Positions 1 through 12,400 of a stretch of DNA of 64,000 bases are shown piece after piece. A program made the translations under genes and the position numbers. The stretch's first letter is position 1; each line of letters begins with the position of its first letter. Where the stretch lies: assembly GCF_000181795.1 (NCBI RefSeq), contig NW_003526947.1, positions 1,100,029 through 1,164,028 of the forward strand, given 5' to 3'. This DNA comes from Trichinella spiralis. Lineage: Eukaryota. Below the pieces are notes generated by a model. The model ran no database searches, had not been told where the DNA came from, and saw only the letters and a list, made by a program, of their open reading frames with translations.

Positions 1-3000
1 AAAAGCGACTTGTATTATTATTATCATTATTTGTTGCAACGGTTTGGCTGGTCGTTGCTTTTATTGCGCTTTGGACTTTCATCGGTATTAATTAGCCGAA
101 CAAGATACACCCTGCCAATTGCTCACTGGTGGAGCACTTTTGAAAATTAATCATTCAATCAAATCAGCCAGTGGAGAAAGAAGAATTTTTTTTTCGCTAC
201 TCGACATTTTCTTGCGCCTTACTTCAGCTTTTCCTTGCACGAGATATTAATAAGCTCGATTTGAATTTGGCTTTTGTTCTTCAGATGGTGGTTTGGTTGT
301 GCATGTTGGATGTTGGATTTGGGTATTGGAAGAATAGATTGGGATTGGATGTGAAAGTTTGATTCAAATCGATTCTGACTGATACAGTTAAATTTTTATA
401 TTAAATTGTACAAAATCTGACCTGGAGTGGAAAGATTTTTTGGAAATTAATATCATATCAGTCAAAAACAAGTGAATTGATACACTTTGGAAAAAGATGT
501 TGATTCTTCTTTGTTTTTTGTGAAGAAAAGTTCAATGGAAAAGTGAAATTATATTATTAGTTGAACAAATTTGAAATTCTCGGCTTGATTCATGCGTTAC
601 ATGGAGACAACTGATCATAGCTGATGATTTTTGGTTAATATTTTCAACTTATTATTATTATTGTTGTTGTTATTCATGAAAATATGAAAAAATTTATACC
701 AGTTAATAACTGATAATTTGACTAACGATTAATTTGATATTCACATGAACATGATGACATGATTGATTTTTTGAACAGTTATAGTCAAGTGCAAAATTGT
801 ATTGGATAAAAAATTATAATAAGTTACTAAATTGTAAAGCAACTTTTCAAGGAAAAAAAAATACATACATATATTTATTTATTTATTAGTTTTACATGTG
901 CAAGTTGGACCAATTCAATGTAGTAGTAGGGTGTGCAGAGAATGGGTTTTGTTGGTATTATTATTATTATTATTGGTAGATTTAATTGCGGCAAAAATAT
1001 TTCGAGGTCACTTTTACTGATCTATTAAATCTTCAGGATTTCAACTGTCTGCACCATATGTCAGGAACTGGTTGTTGAACGAGCTTTTCTGTTACTTTCA
1101 ATATTGCTGATTTATTGCTTCAAGTTGCTTGGATGCGAAATGATGTTCAAGGATAATGCCGAAGGCGTTTTGTCACAGCCGGCATTGTCCGTGGGCTTGG
1201 AAATGTAGTTGATTTGCCACTAAAATCATTTTTAGCCCATTTCAAGGACACATTAGCAGGATCGTAAAGCTGGAAATTTTCACTCAAACTTGTAATCACG
1301 AAATAATAAAAGTGAATTACGCGTTAGGTGCGTTCTCTTTTTTATTTCTTCCGAAATAATTTCACTACTGCACATGTATATATATATATGTATGTAATAC
1401 AGGATAAATGTTGGTTGTGCAGTATGTGTGTGAAGTAGCGATATTTAAATTTTTATTTTCCACCAGTGTTGCTTGTTGTCGAAATAATAAACATGAGAAT
1501 GTTCTTTTTACGTATGTTTAAAATTGCGTGGTTGTTGTGATCAGCATCCGCATTTCGTCAGAAATCATGTATCAAGTGGGAACATTTTATCTCAACTGAA
1601 TGAGATGATGATCATTTTCAAATTTTCCCCACTCAGCAGTGGGCAATTTTTTTTTTCGATCCAACGCTTCTTCGCCTGATACTATTACTACTACTTTTAG
1701 TAAGTGATACTCTCCAGCGATTCGGCGATGCATATTTAATTTCCTTTTTGTTTGTTTCAAAAATATACATGCGAGTGATTAATTCTTTGACAGAGGTAGG
1801 TAGTTATTTATTTATTTTTTTGTTTCTTCCCAAAAAATATACCGAAAATTTTTCGTGCATTGTGACACATTGAAGCATGTGGAGAGAGAGAGAGAGAGTT
1901 ATTATTTAGCATTGTTAAAAAGTCGACTTGTACAAAGGCTGGAAGAAAAGTGATCACCATTGTCTGGGGAAATTGTCCCTCTTTCACTGAGTTATTGGTT
2001 TTTATGGAAAAAGTTTTATAATTGCACCACTCACTTTAGCAGGTTGCCGTTGTCATGTGGGACTGTTTTGACGTTGCATTTTGATGAACAATCAAACATT
2101 TCACATTGTCATTGTTCTTTAAATTGAAATTTTAAAATATTTTTCATCTTATAAATTATTATTCTGTTCGTGTATGTTTTACTGTATACATTCAAGCTGA
2201 TCAAAGCTACAGAGCCACTTTTCACCACACAGTACAGTAGGACAGGTTTTTCCACTGTAATTAATTAAATGATGCTTTGCTTTTCAACTAGCTGCAATTG
2301 ATAATAGATGAGTTTCATGTTTATTGAAGAGAGACTGTTTTGTGGGGAAAATTTTCAATCAATTGTTGATTTATTATCAAGGATCGTTTCTCGTTTAAAT
2401 TCTATTTTTGTTTTCCACACGACAAGCTTTCATTTTGTTTTTTCACTAAACAAACAAACATCGAATCTGTTTGCATGAATAATTGAATGATAAATTTAAA
2501 TTTATCTCATTTCTTATGGCCAATGAAACCGCATCATTATTATCAATCTGAATAGATCAGATTGCAGAGTATTTCATACCCGTGGATTGAAGTGCAGCAA
2601 GTTTCTTAAATTGCATGTGGTGAATTTTTCTTTCTTTCTTTCTTGCTTTTTTTTTGAAATGGAATTTTCATCTTGATCGTAGAATATGTTTTAATACTGA
2701 TGATTGTGTCATGTGTTTTGAAATTTTTTCTTTTTCATTTTTATGCGATAGAATGGCAAAAAAAGTATAATGGAAGAAGTGGTTCGTCGATTGTTGTTCA
2801 TGCAAATTCATAGTTTCGTATATATGAAATGTGTATATAGAGAATAATTTTTTTTTAGTCTCTTGTTATTTTTAAATTGAATTTTTTCATTCGTCCACAA
2901 ATTGGATGTAAATTCAGTTGTGAGTGGTTGATTTTTTTTCTTTCTTTTGAATTTTGATTGAAAATTCAGTTTTACAGACAAGGGGTGATTTGGGAATGAT

Positions 3001-3081
3001 TTGATACGCAGAAAAGTACAACATGCAATGCATACATTGTGAATTAAATGTAAACACGAGATGTATGCATGTATGTACATT

Positions 3082-3156
3082 TCTCTCTCTCTCTCTCTCT
3101 CTTTCTCTTTCTCTGCCTCAGTCAGTCAGTCTGTCTGTCTAAGTCTCTCTCTCTCT
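3082..3156. repeat. (CT)n/(CAGT)n/(CTGT)n compound microsatellite
   Basis: Read directly from the sequence. Confidence 0.85.
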
Positions 3157-4469
3157 GTTCGTGTGTATGTATTTGCGATTAAATTCATTTTTACTAAATG
3201 GGCTTTGTGCTGATCGATCGTTCAAAATGCAATGACAAAGCTTTCGGCTTGAACTGAGAGCCAAACTGCAAATTGGCAAGCCTCCTTTTTGTGTCACGGT
3301 CGCTGTGCGGAAATTTAAAAATCAATTTCCCACCGGTCCGGTCAACTGACTTTCATATTTTTCTTGGTAATGAGAATGTGCCGTTTGTCAGCAACTGATA
3401 TATCCATTTGCCCAGCTTGTTAATTATATCAAGCTGGTTGGCATTTTTTTTACAATTGATTTCATGTTCTTTATTTATAAAATATTACAGTTTATTTTTT
3501 ATTTTATTTGTAATATCTTCAACCAAGAGGCAAGTCAATGGTAGAATGTGATTATTGTTTAAGTCTTTTTTTCATTTTTCGCTTGTTTATCAGCTTCTAC
3601 TACATCTTGGATGTGGTGTTTTTCACTGCTTACTTGGAACAACAATAACAACAACAACAACAACAACAACAATAGCACAGAGGCAATGTTCGATTTGAGC
3701 AATACGTTCTGCATGTGTGTTGTGTGATTGGGCCGATTGGAAAATTTTCCTTCAGTGCAATGAAATCCAATTGACCAGCAAAATTGAAGGGACACGAAAT
3801 ACGAGATGCCGCCGGCAATTACGAACATGTGCAGCAGTATGGCATTTGCATGACTGCCGCGGCTGGCCACAGACACTATTACTTATTGCACGACATGTTT
3901 TCAGTTTATAGGTGACTGAATTTGTTGGCGCATTTTTATGGACAATTGATCATCACTTTTGGAGGAAAAAATCGACCAAAAATCCAACCGCATCTTCTTC
4001 TGTTCGCGTATTCATTTTCCATTCATCATGTTCAGTTGTTATTCATGCATTCTTTGCAAATTTGCACCTCATCTCTCCCATTTTTCCCTTTTCTATTCAC
4101 TTTCAAAGTACGCTTTATAATTTTGGCTGTGTATTTTTTGTATTATTATTTTGTGATATTTATTTATTTATTTATTTATTCACCACATGATGTACACACA
4201 CACATATATATATATATAGCCATTCATCTCGATTCATCTATAAAAATATGGATTTTGACAAGTCGAATCGTTTCTTTTCCACTGGAAACGATCATTTTCA
4301 TTTCAGCTTTCTTCCCACGTTGTTGTCGTAAATGTAACAGACAGTAAGTAGCATTTGGCATTTTTCCAAAAAAATGACCATGTCCCACATATACATTTCT
4401 GAAACCATTCTACAACGCTGTTCAAGTTGATTCGTTTTCATTTGTTTGCGTTAATTTGTATACACATCG

Positions 4470-4498
4470 CATCACATCACATCACATCACATCACATC
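4470..4498. repeat. (CATCA)n pentanucleotide microsatellite
   Basis: Read directly from the sequence. Other pentamer tracts: (CAGTA)n ~5494-5518, (GTGTT)n ~11202-11228, (CCTAT)n ~42766-42800. Confidence 0.85.
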
Positions 4499-7400
4499 GT
4501 AGCAAAAATACACGCTGCATCAGGTAACTAACTGAACTGAGCTAGCTCGTTCGTGTCGATGGCAACTGTTAGCTTTTCAAATGCCATGCATACAAGCAAA
4601 AGAAAGAACAAGCACAGTTGAATTTTATTGTTTTCCTTTTTTTTCTACCTTTCATTTGCAGTAGGAACAATCTATTTTCTTTCTGCAATGTGCAAACGAC
4701 ATTTCTGAAAAGTCACTTTTGTTAGGCAAAAGCAAGGAAAAACCAAACCATCGTTGGCTATTTTGACGTTTCGGCAATGATGTCAAAATGTTCATATTTC
4801 TTTAGATTTATTTTCATGTGCGTGGCTTTAAACTGTTTTCTTTCTGTCACGAACCGATTCGTCGTTGTCGTCGTTTGCGTACAAAACGATCAATATTTGT
4901 CGCGCAAATTTATTAATCAACTTGACAATCATTTTTCAAATACTGTATTAATGGTGGTGGTTATGATCAAGTTCAAGTTCGTGACCGACATTTTGAAAAT
5001 TGTTGTCGTGGAATTTTGTGTTGTTGGTTTTTTTTCGTTTTGTACAACATTATTATTATTATTATTTTGTTGTTGTTGTAAAATATTTTTCACTGTTGTT
5101 GTGAAAATGGCCTAACAATTATGCGTTGGACGACAACTTGAGACAAGAATCCAAGTGGTGATGTTGTTTGTTGCAGCTTGCCGGCGACCGGTTGGTTTGA
5201 TTCGATTTTAATCAAACGCCGCAAGCTCGGTCTCAGGCATTGGTGTCGTCAGCTGTCGAAGTGAAAAGTTGGAAATGTTCAAACGGCAACTGCTTCTACT
5301 AGATGCTGCTGTAAGGTGACTCTGCTCAAATAGAGAATAATAATTGGACGGATATTATTATTATTATTATTAATTTCCATTTGATTCGATTGGTTTGATT
5401 ACACAGCGTGTAATGTTTGTTGCTATTTCTTTTTCAAATATTGTTTTGTAATGAGTGATAAGTTGAAAATGTTTCTTTTTTATTTCTATTCGACAGTACA
5501 GTACAGTACAGTACAGTATGATTTTTTCCATGGATGCTTTATTTTGTGTGTGCGTGGGTGTGTGTGTGTGTGTGTAATCTTGCTCGTAGTCCGGTTTTTC
5601 TTACCTATGAATGTGATTTGAACTTCTTTTACTGCAGCAGCAGTTGTTGTTGTTGTTTGTATGAGCAATGGTTTTGATTCGAAAAATATTATTTCACTTT
5701 TTTAAATATTTTTGGGAAAACAAAAAGTAGACTTGCATGTTTTAAACAAATGTGTATGTTGGTGTTGGTGTAAGTCAGATGGGAGATAAAAGCAGCTTGA
5801 AAAATGGTGAAAAAAAGTGTTTCAGTAGAATTTTTCCAGTTCAACTGACTAACTGGGACTGATCTGATCGTCGACCGACGGACACGAAGAAAGAATAATA
5901 ATAAAATATTTATGCGTGCTATGCTTTGATGGAAATTTTCAATGGTCCATTTCCAGCGACGTGAGCCAAGGTCGACGTGCAAAGAGAGAGAGTGATTTTG
6001 TTCGCTTGATTGTAATTGTTCAAAGAGTCTCCTTTGCTTACCTTGGCTACCTTTTATATATGCGGGCATTTATTTTCCACCGTCGAGCTTGTTGCGTGAT
6101 TATTATTCACTTGACCGTGGTGTGGTCAGTTAGTGGTCGAGGTCAACGGTCAGCCGTAGGCTTGTGTCCATTGTTCATAGGCACAGAAATTGTCGAAGAA
6201 AATAATTTTTCCTCTATTCCGTTGCAAACAAGTGGAAATATTTTTTTTCTTTAGAAAAAAACAATTGCAAATAATAATTTGCATGGAACTAATTCGTCGT
6301 ACCGTCGTTGTACAGGAAGTGCGTTCAATTCTTTTTTTTTTGATTTTACACTTTTGACAGGAAAATAGTATTTTTTTTTCATCTACCCAGACGGAAATTC
6401 ACTTTTCCACCGTATTGTATGAAATTTTTTCTTCAAATCTACCATTTTCACTGATTTATTCATTGTTTGGTGTGGTATCGTTGTGTGGGATGTTGAATTT
6501 GTTTTTTTTTTCATCTTCAACTGGTTAGTATTGGATTGAATTTAGAAGAAGGAAAAAAAAATTTGAATAGACGCACGGCGTTCAATTGCACTGTTTGCAA
6601 AAAGTTCTGCCGCTTCAGCGAGACGGTGCTGATGTTTGCTTTAGCCGTCTGCAGTTGCCACTTGCACACTGGGCCCGTCTGACAACCGAGACGACAATTC
6701 TATTGTCCAAGAAGTGGATCGAAAACAAACATTAGCACATTTTGTTCTTTATTTTCTAATTTGCATGCAAACAACAATTTTTTTTCTGTACAATAATGAC
6801 AAGTGTGAAATTTGGAATTGACACGTTCAATTTGCCAGCATTTTTGCGTTGCGTATATTTCGGTTTAAGATGGGGAAGAATGGCTTTGTTTGGCAGATTT
6901 TGGTGTTTTTTTTTCTTTCATTTTCTTTGTCTGTTCAATGCTCAGGTACTTTTTTGTTGAATGTGTACAGACCAATTTTGAAATTGATCCTCACACTTTC
7001 AAACTGTTGTTGTTATTTTACACGTTCATGCTAATTTCCATATATTTGACAACCGTTTAATTTATTCTTCTTTTTTCAATTATACATTACTCTCTCTCTT
7101 TCTCTCATCACAAATTATCTTTTATTTATATTCAAAAATTTTGTATTATTTTTAAATTTAACTTCTTTTGAAAATAAGATATTTTCCATCATTTTCTACT
7201 GTGGCGGCGACCGCTCTACTGCTGCTGCTGCTGCTGCTGCTGCTGTTTTTGATATTGATTGTAAAATTGAATCGAACAGAATTATTAATAAGTGCTAGTA
7301 GATCCGCTTGTTTACTTTGCAATCGAACACTTCTTCATTTACTTTGCACATATAACGCAAATATACATATATAGCTATATTTAACGCACGTTCTTGTAAA

Positions 7401-9491
7401 TAGTAATAATCACATGCACGCGTGATCTGTTTGAAAGCAGATTATTCATTCGAACGAAAATGTTGTTTCTCTTGACACCTTTTCTTTCATTTGGTAAGTA
7501 TTTAATTTTAATTTTTCTTTTCTTTCTCCTGCTTGTTTACATGGAACAGGATTCAATTATCATTTTTATTGGTTTTTACTTTGGATGGATGGAATTACAG
7601 TTTCCATTTTACCATTGTTACGCTTTTGAATTATTTCCATTCTGTTAAATGTTGATTGTTTTATAGAAAATTATAATAAATGCAGGTGCATGTAGTTGTC
7701 AAATAATGATAATTTGTACAGGGAGGGGGGGGGGGGAGAGAATTAATTTTTCATCGTTTCAACGAACGTTTCGGTCGGTTCAGCTCGCCATCACCTGGAA
7801 TTAATTGAACGGTGCAATTATAACTTGCACAACATGCTTAAATCATTGTAACATTTGCGACTTTCGAGGTTCCAATTGCTCGCTTACTTGCTGCGGTGGA
7901 GGGAATTGATTGTCTTCAACATTTACTTGGTCACGTTGAATGGGCATATAAAATTCGACTATTTCGTTTTTTTTTTATTTCAAATTTATTATTTTTTTTA
8001 ATCATTCATCAGTGTAGGTTGTGGTTTTGTATTAGCATGTTCTATGCCAATGTTTTTTTTTTTCGAAAACGCTTCTCATATATATATATATATTATATGT
8101 ACAAATTTTGTCGTTGTTGCTTTTGCTCTACGTCCTGAACTTGAAAGTGAAAAGCATGGACGAATGGGCAATTGAATTTTTCCCCGAATCGGCTAACAAG
8201 ATTATCCAACTTCGCCTCTCTCAATCTCTCTTTCTTTCCATGTTTAACATGCTTAATTTGCCACATTTCCAACGCACCACTGACGCCAACTTTGCTGTGC
8301 CATTTTTCCACTTAAGTGTCGCAATTAATTGACAATGAACAATTTTCCCCTTTTGCTGGCCGTTGGTCATCCATCTATTTCGTTTGGTCAAAATTTTTCA
8401 TCGATTAATTCGATTGTGTCAAATTTTCCTCACCAACCAACCATTATTTCTTTCCATAATAATAATAATAATAATATTGTTCATTATTTATTTATTTATT
8501 ATTGTGCATTCTGCCGCTGGTTGATACGTTTTGACAGTTGAATTTCACTTTTGTAAAATTTCTCTTCCTCATATCAATTTTCAGAATATTCGTTTGTTTT
8601 TTTTAAAAAGAAGAAAAAAGAGAAAAAAAACATTTGTTTTTTATTTCTACTCAAATGATCGACTGAAGAATGATCTGGTCACGGCCTGATTTGATCGACT
8701 CCCTGACCTGGGTCTGCGCGTGCTTGAGTATACATGTATATATATATATATGCTTGATAGCCGTATGAACGGTTACTTATTACTATTATTGTTATTAGCA
8801 TCATATTGTTTGTGGGCTAGAGGTTCGAATAACGGATATAGGTAGTGGACCGAGTATGGACGGACGCCAGTCGACATGGCGCCATTTGGCCCCGCTTGTC
8901 ATGGCCACTATTGTGGCGCCTGTCGACTTGCTGGTGCGCACCAACTGGCGTCGCTTTTTGACATTCGCCGTTGCTGTTGTCTTGGTTCTCATGTTTTTGC
9001 TTTATCTCATTTTATTCCTTCTGTTTCTATTCTTTCTGATTTTTCCTACACCAATGCCGCGTTTTATTGCAGCTGACAAAGCAAAAGAAACTGAAAGTTG
9101 GAAGAGAAAGGCCGAGAACGAGAGCGAGAGATATGCATAGATATATATATATATATATATATATAGCACGCGTTCATCATCATTAACATCCCGGCCAAAA
9201 CGCCAACTCACCACGCACATTCGCTCCAGCTTGCCACACTTCTCTTATCCACCAGTGTTTTGTTTGGGCTTTTTTTAACCCCCATTTTGCAAATTTGCGC
9301 GATTTTTATTCAAAATCAATCTCGCGTCATTTGTTGCTGTTCATTGGTCAATCAGTGTGGATATATATATATATGTTTTTTTTCTCTCCCCCTTCTACTT
9401 CATTAAAATGCTATTCTTCTTCTATTCAGGTAAGCAACGTTGTTGAGATCGACATGGATGAACGGAAAATTGCTGAAGCCGGGATAGTCGG

Positions 9492-12400
9492 ATGAGCTTG
9501 GTTTTTTATCTTATGCTGATCGTCGGCTTGGTCGCCACCGACCCCGATGGTAAGTTTGCTCATTTTTTTCATTTGTTTCTTTTTTATTTTTTCAAATATA
9601 TAATTGAAAAAAATTATAATCCATTGTTGTTGTTCTTGTTGTTGTGGCTAGTGAAATTGAAGTTCAATTCTTCTTATTCTGATTCGACATTACAAAAATT
9701 ATTTTTCCTCTTGTTCCTGGTCATCATGCGTTGATTCTGTATTATTTTGCTTTGTGAAATTCACTTCAACTTAATAGAAAAGCCTAATAATCAAAAATTT
9801 TATTTGTCATTAATTTTTTCTCTCGTCTGCACCTGTGCACATGTGTGTTTGTGTGCGTGTGTGTGCTTCAATCAATTGAACATAAAACCGTATTATCCAA
9901 TTGACTCCTATTCATCAGAACACAATAGACCTAGAGCAGACCATTTCCATTGTTCCACGATAACGGTCTTTCTGTTTCTTTCTTTTTTTATTATCGCTTC
10001 TGTCCATATTATACGACAATTCTATTCTTCTTTCAAATGCCGCCAAGTTATCCAAATTCACTGTCGATAATCTATCTGATGATATCCATTTGCCATTTTT
10101 TGCTTCCACTCACAAATTATCCACATTGAACATCAGCTGCGGTGACAGCAGATGCTCAATATTTATTTTCTTTTTTTTCACAACGAAAAATGTTCAATTG
10201 AATTTCGTTTCAGCAAAAAGGAAAAATGAAAGAAAAAATAATCTTAATTTTTTTCTAAAAATTAGCTTTTCAAAAAAAGCTTCATCCAGTTTGTTTTCCA
10301 TTTAGCATGTGTTGCTTGCAAATCTGGGACGAATCATTTCCATTCGATCGATCTCTTGTTTTTTTTCTTCTTCTTCTTCAACTTATCCGTTGTTTCAAAC
10401 CAACAAAAATGCAACTCACTCTTTCTCTGGACAAAAACATCTTGTCCAACTCAGATTAGATTGATTATTGTCGATTTTTTCCTTTTTCGTGCTGTGTAGA
10501 ATTTGTTGATTTATTATTATGCTAATTTTATTTTAATTTTCAGGTGACGACGAATTATTTCAAACCAAACCACAAGATTCGGTTGTACTGTTGAATTCGA
10601 AAATTGGTTTCATCTGCCAAGTGAAATCGTCCGACCAATTGGTGAAAATCGAATGGCTTCGCAACGGTAGTTCCATGCATCCGGCCAGGTGAGTTGATTC
10701 GTATCTGCATGCATCTATTCACTGTATGCTTTACGAAACCAGAAAACAAATTGCCTTTCCTCCCTTCCGCCTTCCGCCCATTTCCTCTATTATTCGATTC
10801 AGGTATATGGTCGAAGCGGTTGACGATACTACGAGCGCTTTGCTGATCGAGCCGGTCCGTGAACGGGACAACAACACCGAAATTGGCTGCGCACTGTTGG
10901 ACGCGGACGACGGTCAACTGTTGGCCAAGGCTACCGCCCGTTTGGGCGTGGTCGACATGCGACGTTTGGCGCCAGGGTTCCCCAAAGTGGTCGAAGGGCC
11001 CAAGTTGAGAACGGTCGAAAAGGGCGGCTCGGCAACGCTCACTTGTCGAGTGGTCGGCGATCCGAAGCCGTCGATTCTCTGGCTCAAGAACGCGCTGCCG
11101 GTGAACATGACCAACCGTCGTTATTCCATCTCCACTCTAGGTAATCCAGGTAAATAATTCCCCTCTAAATCCAACAAATCCGTGCTCGGCAATCTGTGTT
11201 TGTGTTGTGTTGTGTTGTGTTGTGTTGTTTTTTGTTTTCTCATTGCGCAGGATATTTTTTTTTGTTTGTTTGTTTATTTATTGTTCCAATTAAACAAAGA
11301 TTATCCAATTGAAAATACATTAAACTAATTTTTTACAGCTGATATATTTATTTTTTCTTTTTCTTCTTCCTTGGATAATTAATTCATTTTTCCAGCATTA
11401 CACTAAACAACCGATTGCTGAGTTGCGAAGTTGTTGTGGTGCTACAGGGGATGATACCGAAATTATTTTTTATTCTTTATTAAATTTTACATTTCAATTA
11501 ATCGAAAGAAGAGGTATTCTTTCTTTTTCCTCTCACAACTATCAAAAAATTTCTTCTTCTTCTTCTTCTTCTTCTTTGCCCGTTTGGTGTATTTGGTTCG
11601 TTGTTGTCGTGATGTGATTAATGTTGATGGAAAGTTAATTATTAAAATTTACTTTATGGGTAGAATTTTTTCAGGCTCACTGGTTATACAAAATGCTGAC
11701 GAAAGTGACGAAGGTCGTTACGAGTGTGTCGCTCGAAATCATAACGGCGTCACCCATTCCCAGTCTGCTCATCTGTACGTCAAGGGTCAGTAGGAACATA
11801 TTATTATTATTAATTATCAATTATTGTTGTTTGTTGGATGTTGTGGAGACGAATGTGGAATTGGTTTCGAAAATTTATAGTTCGGGTATTTCCACCGTTT
11901 TTTTCCCGTCGACCGGAAAGCCGTTATCAAGTGATGCCGGGTGGCAGTGTCAATTTGTCCTGCGTGGCTGTGGGCCACCCGATGCCCAGGGTGTTCTGGA
12001 GGCGTGGCTCTGGCGAAGATTTGGAAGACGCGTTCAAAGCACCATACGGTCGCAACGTGCTCACGCTTACCGCCGTCGACAAGACCGAAAATTACAGTTG
12101 CGTCGCATTTTCCAGTCTCGGCAATATCGAATCATCAACCACGGTCGAAGTGAAAGGTAAGAAAAGCGGGGGTGGGGTGGGGGTTGTTTATTTGTTTGTT
12201 TGTTTTCTTGAATATTGTTGTCGTTTTTAGCACTTGCTTATCCGCCCTCTAATCTCAGGGTGTTGAAGCAGAATTCCAACAGCGTCGAGCTGGCTTGGGA
12301 TCCTGTCATCGCTGCCCCGGACAACAACATTGTTCTCTATTATTTGATCGAATATCGTCCGAAGTAAATTCTTTCTTTCTTTCTTTCTTTATTTACTGAT

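Noticed and set aside
7168..7374. Poly-Leu signal-peptide-like ORF
   Set aside because: It derives from a (CTG)n microsatellite, has no ATG start, and the nearby donor is in the wrong phase for LAR exon 10544.
100..8800. Numerous 60-140 aa ORFs rich in F/L/I/C/V
   Set aside because: They are translations of AT-rich and microsatellite DNA, often with TTG/GTG starts, and show no domain motifs or consistent splice chains.
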